A DNA stretch of 64,000 bases from an uncultured Oleispira sp. (GTDB taxonomy: Bacteria > Pseudomonadota > Gammaproteobacteria > Pseudomonadales > Oceanobacteraceae), in assembly GCA_964022115.1 (NCBI GenBank), contig CAXIBC010000005.1, positions 686-64,685 on the forward strand, written 5' to 3'. The notes below the pieces were generated by a model. The model had not been told where the DNA came from, did not search any database, and saw only the letters and a list, made by a program, of their open reading frames with translations. Both the position numbers and the translations under genes were made by a program. Below, one piece after another: positions 55,771 to 64,000 of the stretch (positions are counted from its first letter, which is position 1; the number at the start of each line of letters is the position of its first letter).

Positions 55771-58221
55771 GTGGCAATGCGACTGTGCTTAGTTAGTTCG
55801 ATTTTAGCGTTATTAGTGACAATACAGGCTGATTCTAGGTCAGAAAGTATGCTGTTATTGGCCATTCTGGCCTTGCTGGTCGGCAGCGTATTGGCTCAAA
55901 ACAGACGCTTTAAGGTTGACTTCTATGCTGCGACTACCCTTATTAAAAGCAATGCATTAAGCCTATTGGTTATGTTAACCAGCATAGGTTTAACCAGTAT
56001 CTATTGTCATTCTTGGCTGGATGAGCGTTTAGCACGCCGATTGCCTGCAGCGCAAACGGGGGTCATAGTTTCTGGGGTTGGGGACGTGATTGCTTGTGAT
56101 TACTCAAGACCAGGGGTCGAGAAATTGCAGCTCGATCTAGTTGCCATCGATCAAGAAGTTGCCATTGATCAAGAGTTAGCCCAATTAGCTAAGCTGCGCC
56201 GAATATCACTGGTTAAATATCTGGCGGCGAATACTGAAAGGCGAACAGAGTGTGGTTTTAGGCTGAAGTTTAGTGCCAAGTTGCGAGCCCCTTACAGTTT
56301 TATTAACCCACATGGATTTGACTACGAAGCCTGGTTATTGAGTCGGGGGATCGATGCAACCGGGTATTTTATTTATGATGAAGTCATCGGGCAAGGGGCC
56401 GGATTCTCTCAGGGGTTAGTCAGATTTCGCCAGCAAGGAATTGAACGGGCCGCTCGCTTACCTGGGTTATCGGGGCAGGTTGTACCGGCGTTATTATTTG
56501 GCATCTCGGGGTATTTAAGTAAGGCGCACTGGGCAGATTTGCAGACCACAGGCACCATTCATTTGTTGGTTGTGAGTGGTTTACATGTCAGTTTTCTGCT
56601 GCTGATCGTAGTCTTTTTATGGCGCGGATTGATTCAGTTAGAAATGCTGCTCTTTACCCCATCCTATTCTTATTTATTGCGCATAACGCCGATTATATTA
56701 CTACTCGCGTGCCTGATATATGCCTATATGGCTGGCTTGGGCTTGGCGGTGCAGCGTTCGAGTCTGATGGTCTTAGTGGCGATTTTAGTGAGTTATTATA
56801 AATCCCAATGGTCACTGCTGGATACCTGGTTATGGGTGATGTGGATGGTATTGCTCATAAACCCACTAGCGAGTTTGTTTATTGGTTTCTGGTTCTCTTT
56901 TGTTGCGGTTGGCTGTTTATTATTAACCCATGTGGGTTGTCTGCATAACCCGCCCCAGCAAGGGAGGCAAAAGATAATGACTATGTATCTGTGGCTGGCA
57001 AAACTCACATACCCGCAGTGGGTTGTTTTTCTCGCATTGATGCCATTATTGTGGATGTTTCAGCAGTCGCAATCTGTTTTGTCTTTATTGCTCAATACCT
57101 TGGCCATACCTTTATTAGCATTGGCTATTTTACCCTTATCAATCTTGGCTTTATTGTTTCAAGAAAGCATTTTTAGTTCGGCTCTTAATGGAATTTTAGC
57201 GCTAGGGTTTGAGACGTTAAACTTGTTAGGCAGCGCATCATCATGGCTAGTTTATAAGCCTACGGGGCCTTGGTTATTGGCTTTGCTGGTGCTTGTATTA
57301 TCCATATTAAGCTTTAAAGGGTTTCCTTTTCGAAATGTAAGCGTGTTATTGGTTGGGGTTATTTATTGTCTACCCATGATTGGGGCCGAGAACCGATTCA
57401 TTGTCTTTGATGTTGGACAAGGGTTAGCGGTTAGTGGTGTGCGTGGCAGCTTGCAGAAGAAGGCAGTGCAGAAGGAAGTGCAGAAGGATGCACAGAAAGG
57501 AATGCAGGACGATCACGTTATAAACAGTTGGCTTTATGATACCGGGGCGCAATTTCGTTCAGGCTTTAGTCTCGGGGAAGCGGTAGTCGCGAAAAATTTG
57601 TTAGCTATGTCGGCGCCGGAGTTGGATCTAGTATTTATTAGTCATTCTGATAACGACCATGCAGGAGGCGAAGCAGGTTTGAGGCGTAAAATTAAACTGC
57701 ATACTCGCTACCTAGGTCAGCCAAGAACGGCTACAGATAATGATTGTCATACCTTAGGCAGTGAATGGCACGGCCCGTTGGACTACCGTTGGCGGGTTTT
57801 CAATTTGCCGAAAGAAGTAAAGCGGATCAGCGACAATGATCAATCTTGTGTCGTGCAATTTGAAATTAAAGGTAGGCGTATTTTAATGCCTGGGGATATC
57901 GAGAAGGGGATTGAAAAGAAACTGGTGCAGTATTTTGCGCAAGACTTGAAGTCGGAAGTATTATTGGTGCCTCATCATGGCAGTAAAACCAGTTCTAGCT
58001 TGGAGTTTATTCAGCAAGTAGCGCCGCAAGTCGCGATTATCTCGAGTGGTTTTAATAATAGCTTTAAACACCCTCATGAGGTTGTACTAGCGCGCTATAA
58101 GTCGTTAGCCATTCCTGTGTATATAACAGCCTTGTCTGGCGCGATAGAAATCGACTTTGAAGAGGGTCTTTCTATTATAGAATGGCGAAAACAGAAGCCA
58201 CCACGGTGGCGGCAAATGTGA
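55771..58221 (+). CDS. comEC: DNA internalisation-related competence protein ComEC/Rec2
   Basis: A multi-TM competence domain (…GTIHLLVVSGLHVSFL…) plus a C-terminal metallo-beta-lactamase domain (VFDVGQGLA, ISHSDNDHAGG, VPHHGS). Confidence 0.88.
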   Translation: MAMRLCLVSSILALLVTIQADSRSESMLLLAILALLVGSVLAQNRRFKVDFYAATTLIKSNALSLLVMLTSIGLTSIYCHSWLDERLARRLPAAQTGVIVSGVGDVIACDYSRPGVEKLQLDLVAIDQEVAIDQELAQLAKLRRISLVKYLAANTERRTECGFRLKFSAKLRAPYSFINPHGFDYEAWLLSRGIDATGYFIYDEVIGQGAGFSQGLVRFRQQGIERAARLPGLSGQVVPALLFGISGYLSKAHWADLQTTGTIHLLVVSGLHVSFLLLIVVFLWRGLIQLEMLLFTPSYSYLLRITPIILLLACLIYAYMAGLGLAVQRSSLMVLVAILVSYYKSQWSLLDTWLWVMWMVLLINPLASLFIGFWFSFVAVGCLLLTHVGCLHNPPQQGRQKIMTMYLWLAKLTYPQWVVFLALMPLLWMFQQSQSVLSLLLNTLAIPLLALAILPLSILALLFQESIFSSALNGILALGFETLNLLGSASSWLVYKPTGPWLLALLVLVLSILSFKGFPFRNVSVLLVGVIYCLPMIGAENRFIVFDVGQGLAVSGVRGSLQKKAVQKEVQKDAQKGMQDDHVINSWLYDTGAQFRSGFSLGEAVVAKNLLAMSAPELDLVFISHSDNDHAGGEAGLRRKIKLHTRYLGQPRTATDNDCHTLGSEWHGPLDYRWRVFNLPKEVKRISDNDQSCVVQFEIKGRRILMPGDIEKGIEKKLVQYFAQDLKSEVLLVPHHGSKTSSSLEFIQQVAPQVAIISSGFNNSFKHPHEVVLARYKSLAIPVYITALSGAIEIDFEEGLSIIEWRKQKPPRWRQM

Positions 58222-58322
58222 TTTATTGCTGCAATTGCATCTGAGTATGGAGCTGGCGTCAAAGCTTGTGCTAAAGTAGCGGCCATAAATCATAATAAGT
58301 TCAATTGTTAGGAGATTATCCT

Positions 58323-58970
58323 GTGTTTGAGATCATCCAGAGTGGCGGTTGGATGATGATTCCGATCATCATTTGTTCAGTTTTAGCGGCAGCAATTGCG
58401 GGTGAACGCTTTTGGACCTTGCGTTCAAGTCAGGTGGCACCGACAGATCTTTTGGGGAAAGTTTGGGGTTGGATGAAAAATAGCCAGCTCAATAGTGAAC
58501 GCATTAAGCAATTGCGCGACAACTCTCCGTTAGGGCGTGTGCTGGCGGCTGGGCTTATGAATTCCAAACACGGCCGCGATATCATGAAAGAAAGTATTCA
58601 AGAAGTCGCGAGTCATGAAATTCATGAAATGGAACGCTATTTAAACGCTCTTGGTACCGTTGCTGCCGTCGCACCCTTGATGGGGTTGCTGGGTACAGTG
58701 ATTGGCATGATCAAGGTATTCTCGGAAATTATGTTAGCGGGAACGGGTCAAGCGGGTATGCTGGCTGGCGGGATCTCTGAAGCGTTGGTAACGACTGCCG
58801 CAGGGTTGGCGATCGCCATTCCAGCGTTAATTTGTCACCGTATGCTGCAGCGTCGTGTTGATGAACTCGTGGTCTTTATGGAGCAAGAATCTTTAAAATT
58901 AGTGGATGTTTTGCACGGTGAGCGTGAAGTTGTAGAAAGCCCAGAAAATAAGCCGGCGGTTGGAGTTTAA
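58323..58970 (+). CDS. exbB: MotA/TolQ/ExbB-family proton channel protein (second copy in the window)
   Basis: Three TM segments. LGTVAAVAPLMGLLGTVIGMIKVF and GISEALVTTAAGLAIAIPALICH. GTG at 58323 with a GGAG RBS; the track ORF starts at the TTG at 58305. Confidence 0.88.
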   Translation: MFEIIQSGGWMMIPIIICSVLAAAIAGERFWTLRSSQVAPTDLLGKVWGWMKNSQLNSERIKQLRDNSPLGRVLAAGLMNSKHGRDIMKESIQEVASHEIHEMERYLNALGTVAAVAPLMGLLGTVIGMIKVFSEIMLAGTGQAGMLAGGISEALVTTAAGLAIAIPALICHRMLQRRVDELVVFMEQESLKLVDVLHGEREVVESPENKPAVGV

Positions 58971-58972
58971 TT

Positions 58973-59392
58973 GTGAATTTTAAACGTCAAAATAAAGAAT
59001 CGGTGGAAGTGAACCTGACACCCTTGATTGACGTCGTATTCTTGCTATTGATTTTCTTTATGGTCTCAACGACCTTTACCAAAGAAAATCATTTGAGCAT
59101 TGATCTGCCAGAAGCTAGTGCAGAACAACAGCCAGTAGCGAGCAATCGATTAGAAATTATTATTACCGCGGCGGGCAGTTATTCAATTAATGATAAAAGC
59201 TTAATCAATAATCAATTAGATACCCTTAAGCGAGGTTTGCTGAAAGCGGCTAATGGTGAAAAAGATTTGCCTGTTACCATTACGGCCGATGCGAATACGC
59301 CTCATCAAGCTGTGGTTCGAGCCATGGATGCGGCGGGCCAAACTGGCTTTGTGAATCTCAGCATTACTACCCGTCAAGCTAGCGCCGAATAG
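58973..59392 (+). CDS. exbD: ExbD/TolR-family protein
   Basis: VNLTPLIDVVFLLLIFFMV, with the conserved Asp. 139 aa. Confidence 0.88.
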   Translation: MNFKRQNKESVEVNLTPLIDVVFLLLIFFMVSTTFTKENHLSIDLPEASAEQQPVASNRLEIIITAAGSYSINDKSLINNQLDTLKRGLLKAANGEKDLPVTITADANTPHQAVVRAMDAAGQTGFVNLSITTRQASAE

Positions 59393-59431
59393 CCTGTATT
59401 GATACTCAAATCTTTTTAGCGGAATGAAAGC

Positions 59432-61174
59432 ATGTCTGAAAAAATATCAGTGAGACGCCTGTATGGGCGTTTACTGACTTATGTAAAACCTTTTATCGGC
59501 TCATTTCTAATAGCCATCCTTGGATTTATCATCTTCGCCTCTGCCGCGCCTTTATTATCAAAGATGATGGGCGAGATTGTTGATGTATTAGCAGACCCAA
59601 AACCCGCCGATGCTAATTTTGTCGTATTTGCGTTAATCGCGATATTTGCTTATCGAGGCTTAGGGACTTTTTTGGGGAAATACTTTATTGCTCGTGTCGG
59701 ACGTGGGGTTGTGCATAGTCTACGCACGGTTTTGTTTAAGCACATGCTGAGTTTACCAAGTAATTATTATGATGGTGAATCCACGGGGCGTTTGATTTCT
59801 CGGGTTATTTTCGATGTTGACCAGGTGACAGGGGCGTCTACTCGGGCATTAACCACCTTAGTTCAAGACGGTTTAACCGTTATCTTCTTGATGAGCTATC
59901 TGATCTATTTGGATTGGACATTAACGCTTATATTCTTAGCTTTGGCCCCCATTATTGGTGGCCTAGTATCTTTTGCGAGTAAGTTCTTTCGTAAATACAG
60001 CAAGCGTATTCAACAGTCTGTGGGTAATGTTACTCAGGTGACCAGTGAATCCATTAATGCGTACCGTGAAGTGCGCACTTTTGGTGGCCAAGCATTTGAA
60101 AATCAGCGCTTTAATGTCGCCAGCGAAGATAATCGTAAGCAGGCGTTAAAGTTTGAATTAACGAACTCGATCAATGTCCCTTTAAATCAGCAGATTATCG
60201 CTTTGGGTTTAGGGGTGATGGTTTATTTGATGTTTGAACGCGTATTGAATCAAACCATGAGCGCAGGTGAGTTTATGACCTTCATCACCGCAGCGTCTTT
60301 GATTGCTAAGCCACTGCGAGCATTAACCGACATTAACTCTGTTATTCAGCGTGGGATTGTTGGGGCGGAATCTATTTTTACCGTATTGGATAGTCAAGGT
60401 GAAGAAGACCTAGGTAAGGTCGAGCTCGAACGTGCTAAAGGTCATGTGGATATCGAAGAATTAAGTTTTAAATATCCTAGCTCGGAAGACTGGGTATTGA
60501 AATCCTTAAACGCCCATGCCCAAGCGGGTAAAACGTATGCTTTGGTAGGGCGCTCTGGCAGTGGTAAAACGACCTTGATGAGCCTTTTGCCACGATTTTA
60601 CCAAGCGCAGCAAGGCAATATTCTGCTGGATGGTCATAAGATTGAAGACCTTACTCTCGCTAGCTTACGCCGCAATGTCTCTATCGTCAGCCAGCAGGTG
60701 GTGCTATTTAACTGTTCGGTATTGGATAATATTGCTTATGGCGAGTTACAGAGTAAGTCGCGAGAGCAGGTGATTGCCGCCGCAAAAGCCGCCCATGCGG
60801 ATGAGTTTATCTGTCAGATGAGTGATGGCTACGATACTCTGATTGGGGATAATGGTGTTTTGTTATCCGGTGGCCAGCGTCAGCGAATTGCGATTGCCCG
60901 AGCTATTTTAAAAGACTCGCCTGTGCTTATTCTCGATGAGGCTACCTCGGCGTTAGATACTGAATCTGAGCGTCATATTCAAAGTGCAATGGAAGAAGTA
61001 ATGAAGGGGCGTACCACCTTTGTGATTGCCCACCGTTTGAGTACCATTGAAAACGCTGATCAGATTTGGGTGATGGACAAGGGTGAAATTATTGAGCGTG
61101 GAACCCATGCCGAGCTCTTAAGTGCACAAGGTGCTTATGCTAACTTGCACGCTATGCAGTTCCACGAAAGTTAA
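59432..61174 (+). CDS. msbA: Lipid A export ATP-binding/permease protein MsbA
   Basis: Six-TM domain plus an ABC domain (GRSGSGKTT, LSGGQRQRIAIARA, ILDEATSALD). Directly upstream of lpxK, as in E. coli. Confidence 0.88.
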   Translation: MSEKISVRRLYGRLLTYVKPFIGSFLIAILGFIIFASAAPLLSKMMGEIVDVLADPKPADANFVVFALIAIFAYRGLGTFLGKYFIARVGRGVVHSLRTVLFKHMLSLPSNYYDGESTGRLISRVIFDVDQVTGASTRALTTLVQDGLTVIFLMSYLIYLDWTLTLIFLALAPIIGGLVSFASKFFRKYSKRIQQSVGNVTQVTSESINAYREVRTFGGQAFENQRFNVASEDNRKQALKFELTNSINVPLNQQIIALGLGVMVYLMFERVLNQTMSAGEFMTFITAASLIAKPLRALTDINSVIQRGIVGAESIFTVLDSQGEEDLGKVELERAKGHVDIEELSFKYPSSEDWVLKSLNAHAQAGKTYALVGRSGSGKTTLMSLLPRFYQAQQGNILLDGHKIEDLTLASLRRNVSIVSQQVVLFNCSVLDNIAYGELQSKSREQVIAAAKAAHADEFICQMSDGYDTLIGDNGVLLSGGQRQRIAIARAILKDSPVLILDEATSALDTESERHIQSAMEEVMKGRTTFVIAHRLSTIENADQIWVMDKGEIIERGTHAELLSAQGAYANLHAMQFHES

Positions 61175-61178
61175 TATT

Positions 61179-62174
61179 ATGAGCTTGCTGGCATCACGAA
61201 TAGAAAAAAGTTGGTATGGCGATAAGTGGTGGAATGCTTGGTTGCTGCCGCTGAGTGGGCTTTTCTTTTTATTAAGCCATGGGCGGCGTTTGTGGTTAAC
61301 CAGAGTTGTTAAAGCAAAAAAAGTGAATGCCATTCCGCTTGTGGTGATCGGCAATATTAATGTCGGTGGCACGGGAAAAACCCCTTTAACTTGTACCTTG
61401 GTTGAAATGCTTAGCAAGCGTGGAATTTCGGTAGGCATTATAAGTCGAGGTTATGGCAGTAATGCCCCCTATTATCCTTATGCAATTAGCCAAGGTGAAA
61501 GTGCCTGTATCGTTGGTGATGAGCCTAAATTGTTGCGCGACCGCTTAGCTTGCCCTGTGGTGATTGGTTCGGATCGTAATGCGGCGATTGAACTCTTGTC
61601 TCAGCAGGGGGTCGATCTGATTCTCTCGGATGATGGTCTGCAGCATTATAAAATGGCCCGAGACTATGAAGTTGTGGTCTTGGATGCGACGCGCAAGCTA
61701 GGGAATAATTGGTTACTGCCGGCCGGGCCGTTGCGAGAGGGTCGCTGGCGCTTAGATACGGTTGATGCGGTGATATTGAACGGCTCTGATGAGGTGGACG
61801 AGGGTATGAAAATTGTTCCCTCGGCCTGGGTTAATGCGAAGACGGGTGAGCGTAAACGTTTAGATTTTTTTCGTGGCCAAAAGATGCACGCTCTGGCCGG
61901 TATTGGCAACCCTGAACGATTTTTTTCGACCTTGGATGAACTGGCGGTGGAGCATGTTGATCATGTTTTCGCTGATCACCATGGGTTTATCGCTACCGAT
62001 CTTGAGCTTGCGGATGATTTTTCAACGCAGCTGGTGATGACTGAAAAAGACTGGGTTAAATGTGCAGCGTTTGCGGATGAAAATATGTGGTACCTAGAAA
62101 TCAATGCCCACTTAAATGCGATGCTGCAAACAAAATTAATGAATGAATTAACGGCTTTGGTGAAGAGTCATTAA
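61179..62174 (+). CDS. lpxK: Tetraacyldisaccharide 4'-kinase
   Basis: ...W.....LLPLS.LF..., P-loop GNINVGGTGKTP and GDEP. ATG at 61179 just after the msbA stop; the track ORF extends into msbA. Confidence 0.9.
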   Translation: MSLLASRIEKSWYGDKWWNAWLLPLSGLFFLLSHGRRLWLTRVVKAKKVNAIPLVVIGNINVGGTGKTPLTCTLVEMLSKRGISVGIISRGYGSNAPYYPYAISQGESACIVGDEPKLLRDRLACPVVIGSDRNAAIELLSQQGVDLILSDDGLQHYKMARDYEVVVLDATRKLGNNWLLPAGPLREGRWRLDTVDAVILNGSDEVDEGMKIVPSAWVNAKTGERKRLDFFRGQKMHALAGIGNPERFFSTLDELAVEHVDHVFADHHGFIATDLELADDFSTQLVMTEKDWVKCAAFADENMWYLEINAHLNAMLQTKLMNELTALVKSH

Positions 62175-62196
62175 CGACAAACTTAGAGGATGTAAA

Positions 62197-62391
62197 ATGG
62201 ATAAGCAATTAGCGGCTATGTTAGTTTGCCCAAGCTGTAAAGGGCAATTAAAGATGGATAATGAAGCACAAGAGTTATTGTGTACCTTTGATGGTTTGGC
62301 TTTTCCTGTACGTGATGGTGTGCCTGTGATGTTGGAGCAGGAAGCGCGTAAAATGAGTGAAGAAGAAAAATTGAATAAAGCCAATAGCTAA
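62197..62391 (+). CDS. Trm112/YcaR-family small zinc-ribbon-like protein
   Basis: 64 aa. LLAMLVCPSCKGQL and FPVRDGVPVMLEQEAR are typical of the UPF0434/Trm112 family. Conserved position after lpxK. Confidence 0.8.
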   Translation: MDKQLAAMLVCPSCKGQLKMDNEAQELLCTFDGLAFPVRDGVPVMLEQEARKMSEEEKLNKANS

Positions 62392-62879
62392 TGATTAAGG
62401 TTTTGTTTGTTTGCTTGGGTAATATTTGTCGTTCGCCAACGGCTCATGGTGTGCTTGAGCGGAAATTGGCCGTGGCAGGCTTGTTAGATTTGGTAGAGGT
62501 TGATAGTGCAGGGACTGCGGCTTGGCATATTGGTAAAGCGCCAGACCTGCGTTCTCAAGTGGCGGCAAGAAAACGTGATTATGACTTGTCTCACTTGCGT
62601 GCCCGACAGGCAGTTGCAGAAGACTTTCTGGAATACGACTATGTGCTAGCAATGGATAATTCTAACCTACACAACTTACAAGCAATGCATCCTGGGGGCG
62701 ATGTGAAAACAAAGCCGCAGTTATTTCTTCAAGCCTTCTCTACGCCTAATTTACAGGCCAAGGGATTGAGTGAGGTGCCTGATCCTTATTATGGAGAAAA
62801 GGATGGTTTTGAAGAGGTATTAGACATGGTTGAAGAAGCCTGCGATCAATTAATTTTGGATATTAAATCTAAACTCTAA
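62391..62879 (+). CDS. Low-molecular-weight protein-tyrosine phosphatase
   Basis: P-loop VLFVCLGNICRSP (CX5R-S), then SAGT and DPYYG with the catalytic Asp. TAATG overlap with both neighbours. Confidence 0.9.
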   Translation: MIKVLFVCLGNICRSPTAHGVLERKLAVAGLLDLVEVDSAGTAAWHIGKAPDLRSQVAARKRDYDLSHLRARQAVAEDFLEYDYVLAMDNSNLHNLQAMHPGGDVKTKPQLFLQAFSTPNLQAKGLSEVPDPYYGEKDGFEEVLDMVEEACDQLILDIKSKL

Positions 62880-63928
62880 TGTCTATTTATTCTCAAATTC
62901 AACCTCAATTCGATTTATCCTCATTAAATACCTTATCTCTGCCAGGAACAGCTGAATCTTTTGCGCGCTTTAATTCAATGTCAGAATTATTGTCGCTATT
63001 AGAATTTGCCAAAACGAATCAGCTTAAAATAAAAGTCTTGGGTGGCGGTAGTAATATGATTGTACAGCCACACGTTAGTGGCTTAGTCGTACAAAGCGCC
63101 ATGCAAGGGATAGAAGCATTATCGCAAGATGATGCTTCGATAACTTATGCGGTGGATGCCGGTTTGAACTGGCATCAATGGGTTTTAAAATCCATCGAGC
63201 TAGGCGCTTTTGGTTTAGAAAACTTAGCACTGATTCCTGGAACGGTTGGGGCTTGCCCGATTCAAAATATCGGAGCTTACGGGGTAGAGGTTGGGCAGTA
63301 CATTGAAGAGGTGAGAGGCCTGCAATTATCCACCGGTCAGTGGATGTCTTTTTCTGCGACACAGTGTGATTTTTCGTATCGCGACTCTATCTTCAAAAAA
63401 CAATTTAAAAACGATTTTTTAATTACACAGGTTATTTTTAAATTATCGAAAGTATTTAAACCGCACGTTTCTTATGCGCCGCTTAATACCATGGCCGAAG
63501 CGTTTTTAGCGACGGCCGAGCAAGATTCTTTAACCGCTCAACAAGTTGCAGGCTGGGTTATTGAAGTGCGTAATAGTAAATTACCCGACCCCAATAAAAT
63601 TCCCAATGCCGGCTCATTTTTTACCAACCCGATCATTGCTAAAGCGCAAGCGCAGGCTTTATTAGAGCAGTTTCCTAATTTGCCAGCGTACCCGGTGGCA
63701 AATGATGATAGGGTTTTAAAAGTTGCCGCTGGTTGGCTGATTGATCAGTGTGGTTGGAAAGGGAAGGGGTTAGGCTTGGCGACAATGCATGATCAGCAAG
63801 CGCTCGTTTTAACCTTAAAACCTGGTGCGAGTCAGCAAGACTTAATCAATATTCAGCAAGCCGTGCAAGCGGATGTGAAGCATAAATTTGGTATTGAACT
63901 GCAGCCAGAACCGCAACCTTTTTGTTAG
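62879..63928 (+). CDS. murB: UDP-N-acetylenolpyruvoylglucosamine reductase
   Basis: LSSLNTLSLPG, VLGGGSN, IPGTVGACPIQNIGAYG and NAGSFFTNP are conserved MurB (type I) blocks. Confidence 0.93.
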   Translation: MSIYSQIQPQFDLSSLNTLSLPGTAESFARFNSMSELLSLLEFAKTNQLKIKVLGGGSNMIVQPHVSGLVVQSAMQGIEALSQDDASITYAVDAGLNWHQWVLKSIELGAFGLENLALIPGTVGACPIQNIGAYGVEVGQYIEEVRGLQLSTGQWMSFSATQCDFSYRDSIFKKQFKNDFLITQVIFKLSKVFKPHVSYAPLNTMAEAFLATAEQDSLTAQQVAGWVIEVRNSKLPDPNKIPNAGSFFTNPIIAKAQAQALLEQFPNLPAYPVANDDRVLKVAAGWLIDQCGWKGKGLGLATMHDQQALVLTLKPGASQQDLINIQQAVQADVKHKFGIELQPEPQPFC

Positions 63929-64000
63929 CTTATTAATTATAATACTAAGCGATCTAGAGGGCTGCTGGTGCCAGCGAAGTGCTGACCTAATACATGGGTG

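Noticed and set aside
61118-61438. 106-aa minus-strand ORF, and the 5' extension of lpxK (61122-61178) overlapping msbA
   Set aside because: The minus-strand ORF is antisense to lpxK and msbA. For lpxK, the ATG at 61179 lies 4 nt after the msbA stop and gives the conserved N-terminus (…SWYGDKWW…LLPLS).

Overview
This is a gene-dense chromosomal segment of a gammaproteobacterium. GC content looks mid-40s % by eye; I did not compute it. I call about 60 protein genes, one small RNA (4.5S/SRP RNA, ffs), one TPP riboswitch and several intrinsic terminators. I saw no tRNA or rRNA genes, transposases, integrases, prophage genes or CRISPR arrays.

The housekeeping backbone, in window order:
- thiC-thiO-thiS-thiG-thiD operon (minus strand) behind a TPP riboswitch
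- ffs-dnaX-ybaB-recR
- rnd-ycgL-ycgN
- fadD and hrpA
- hemH and glcB
- gspA/gspB-like pair, then dinG
- lolC/lolD, DUF2062, comEC, exbB, exbD, msbA, lpxK, ycaR-like, LMW-PTP and murB, a gene order that resembles Pseudomonas and E. coli

The most interesting locus is 39.07-41.8 kb. It has four genes: a signal-peptide protein built from 11 (E)GKCG repeats, a DUF692 (MNIO/MbnB-family) enzyme, a DUF2063 partner and a DoxX membrane protein. This is the architecture of a periplasmic Cys-derived RiPP metallophore (bufferin/HvfA-like).

The second notable region is 15.2-30.5 kb. A VWA/MoxR/VWA module is followed by a 12-gene, entirely envelope-targeted operon-like cluster of beta-barrel, thioredoxin-like and TPR-rich proteins. 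It ends in ExbB-ExbD-ExbD and a TonB-like protein, with no TonB-dependent receptor nearby.

Other observations:
- an E. coli-type A_AAA_AAG -1 frameshift signal with a downstream hairpin in dnaX
- a translated (DSVN)x4 tandem repeat at the ThiG N-terminus
- an alpha/beta-hydrolase fused to a PilZ-like domain
- a single LolC/E-type permease
- kdsB missing from its usual slot
- frequent in-frame 12-18 nt tandem repeats in unrelated genes

All functional calls come from motif recognition by eye. No database search was run.
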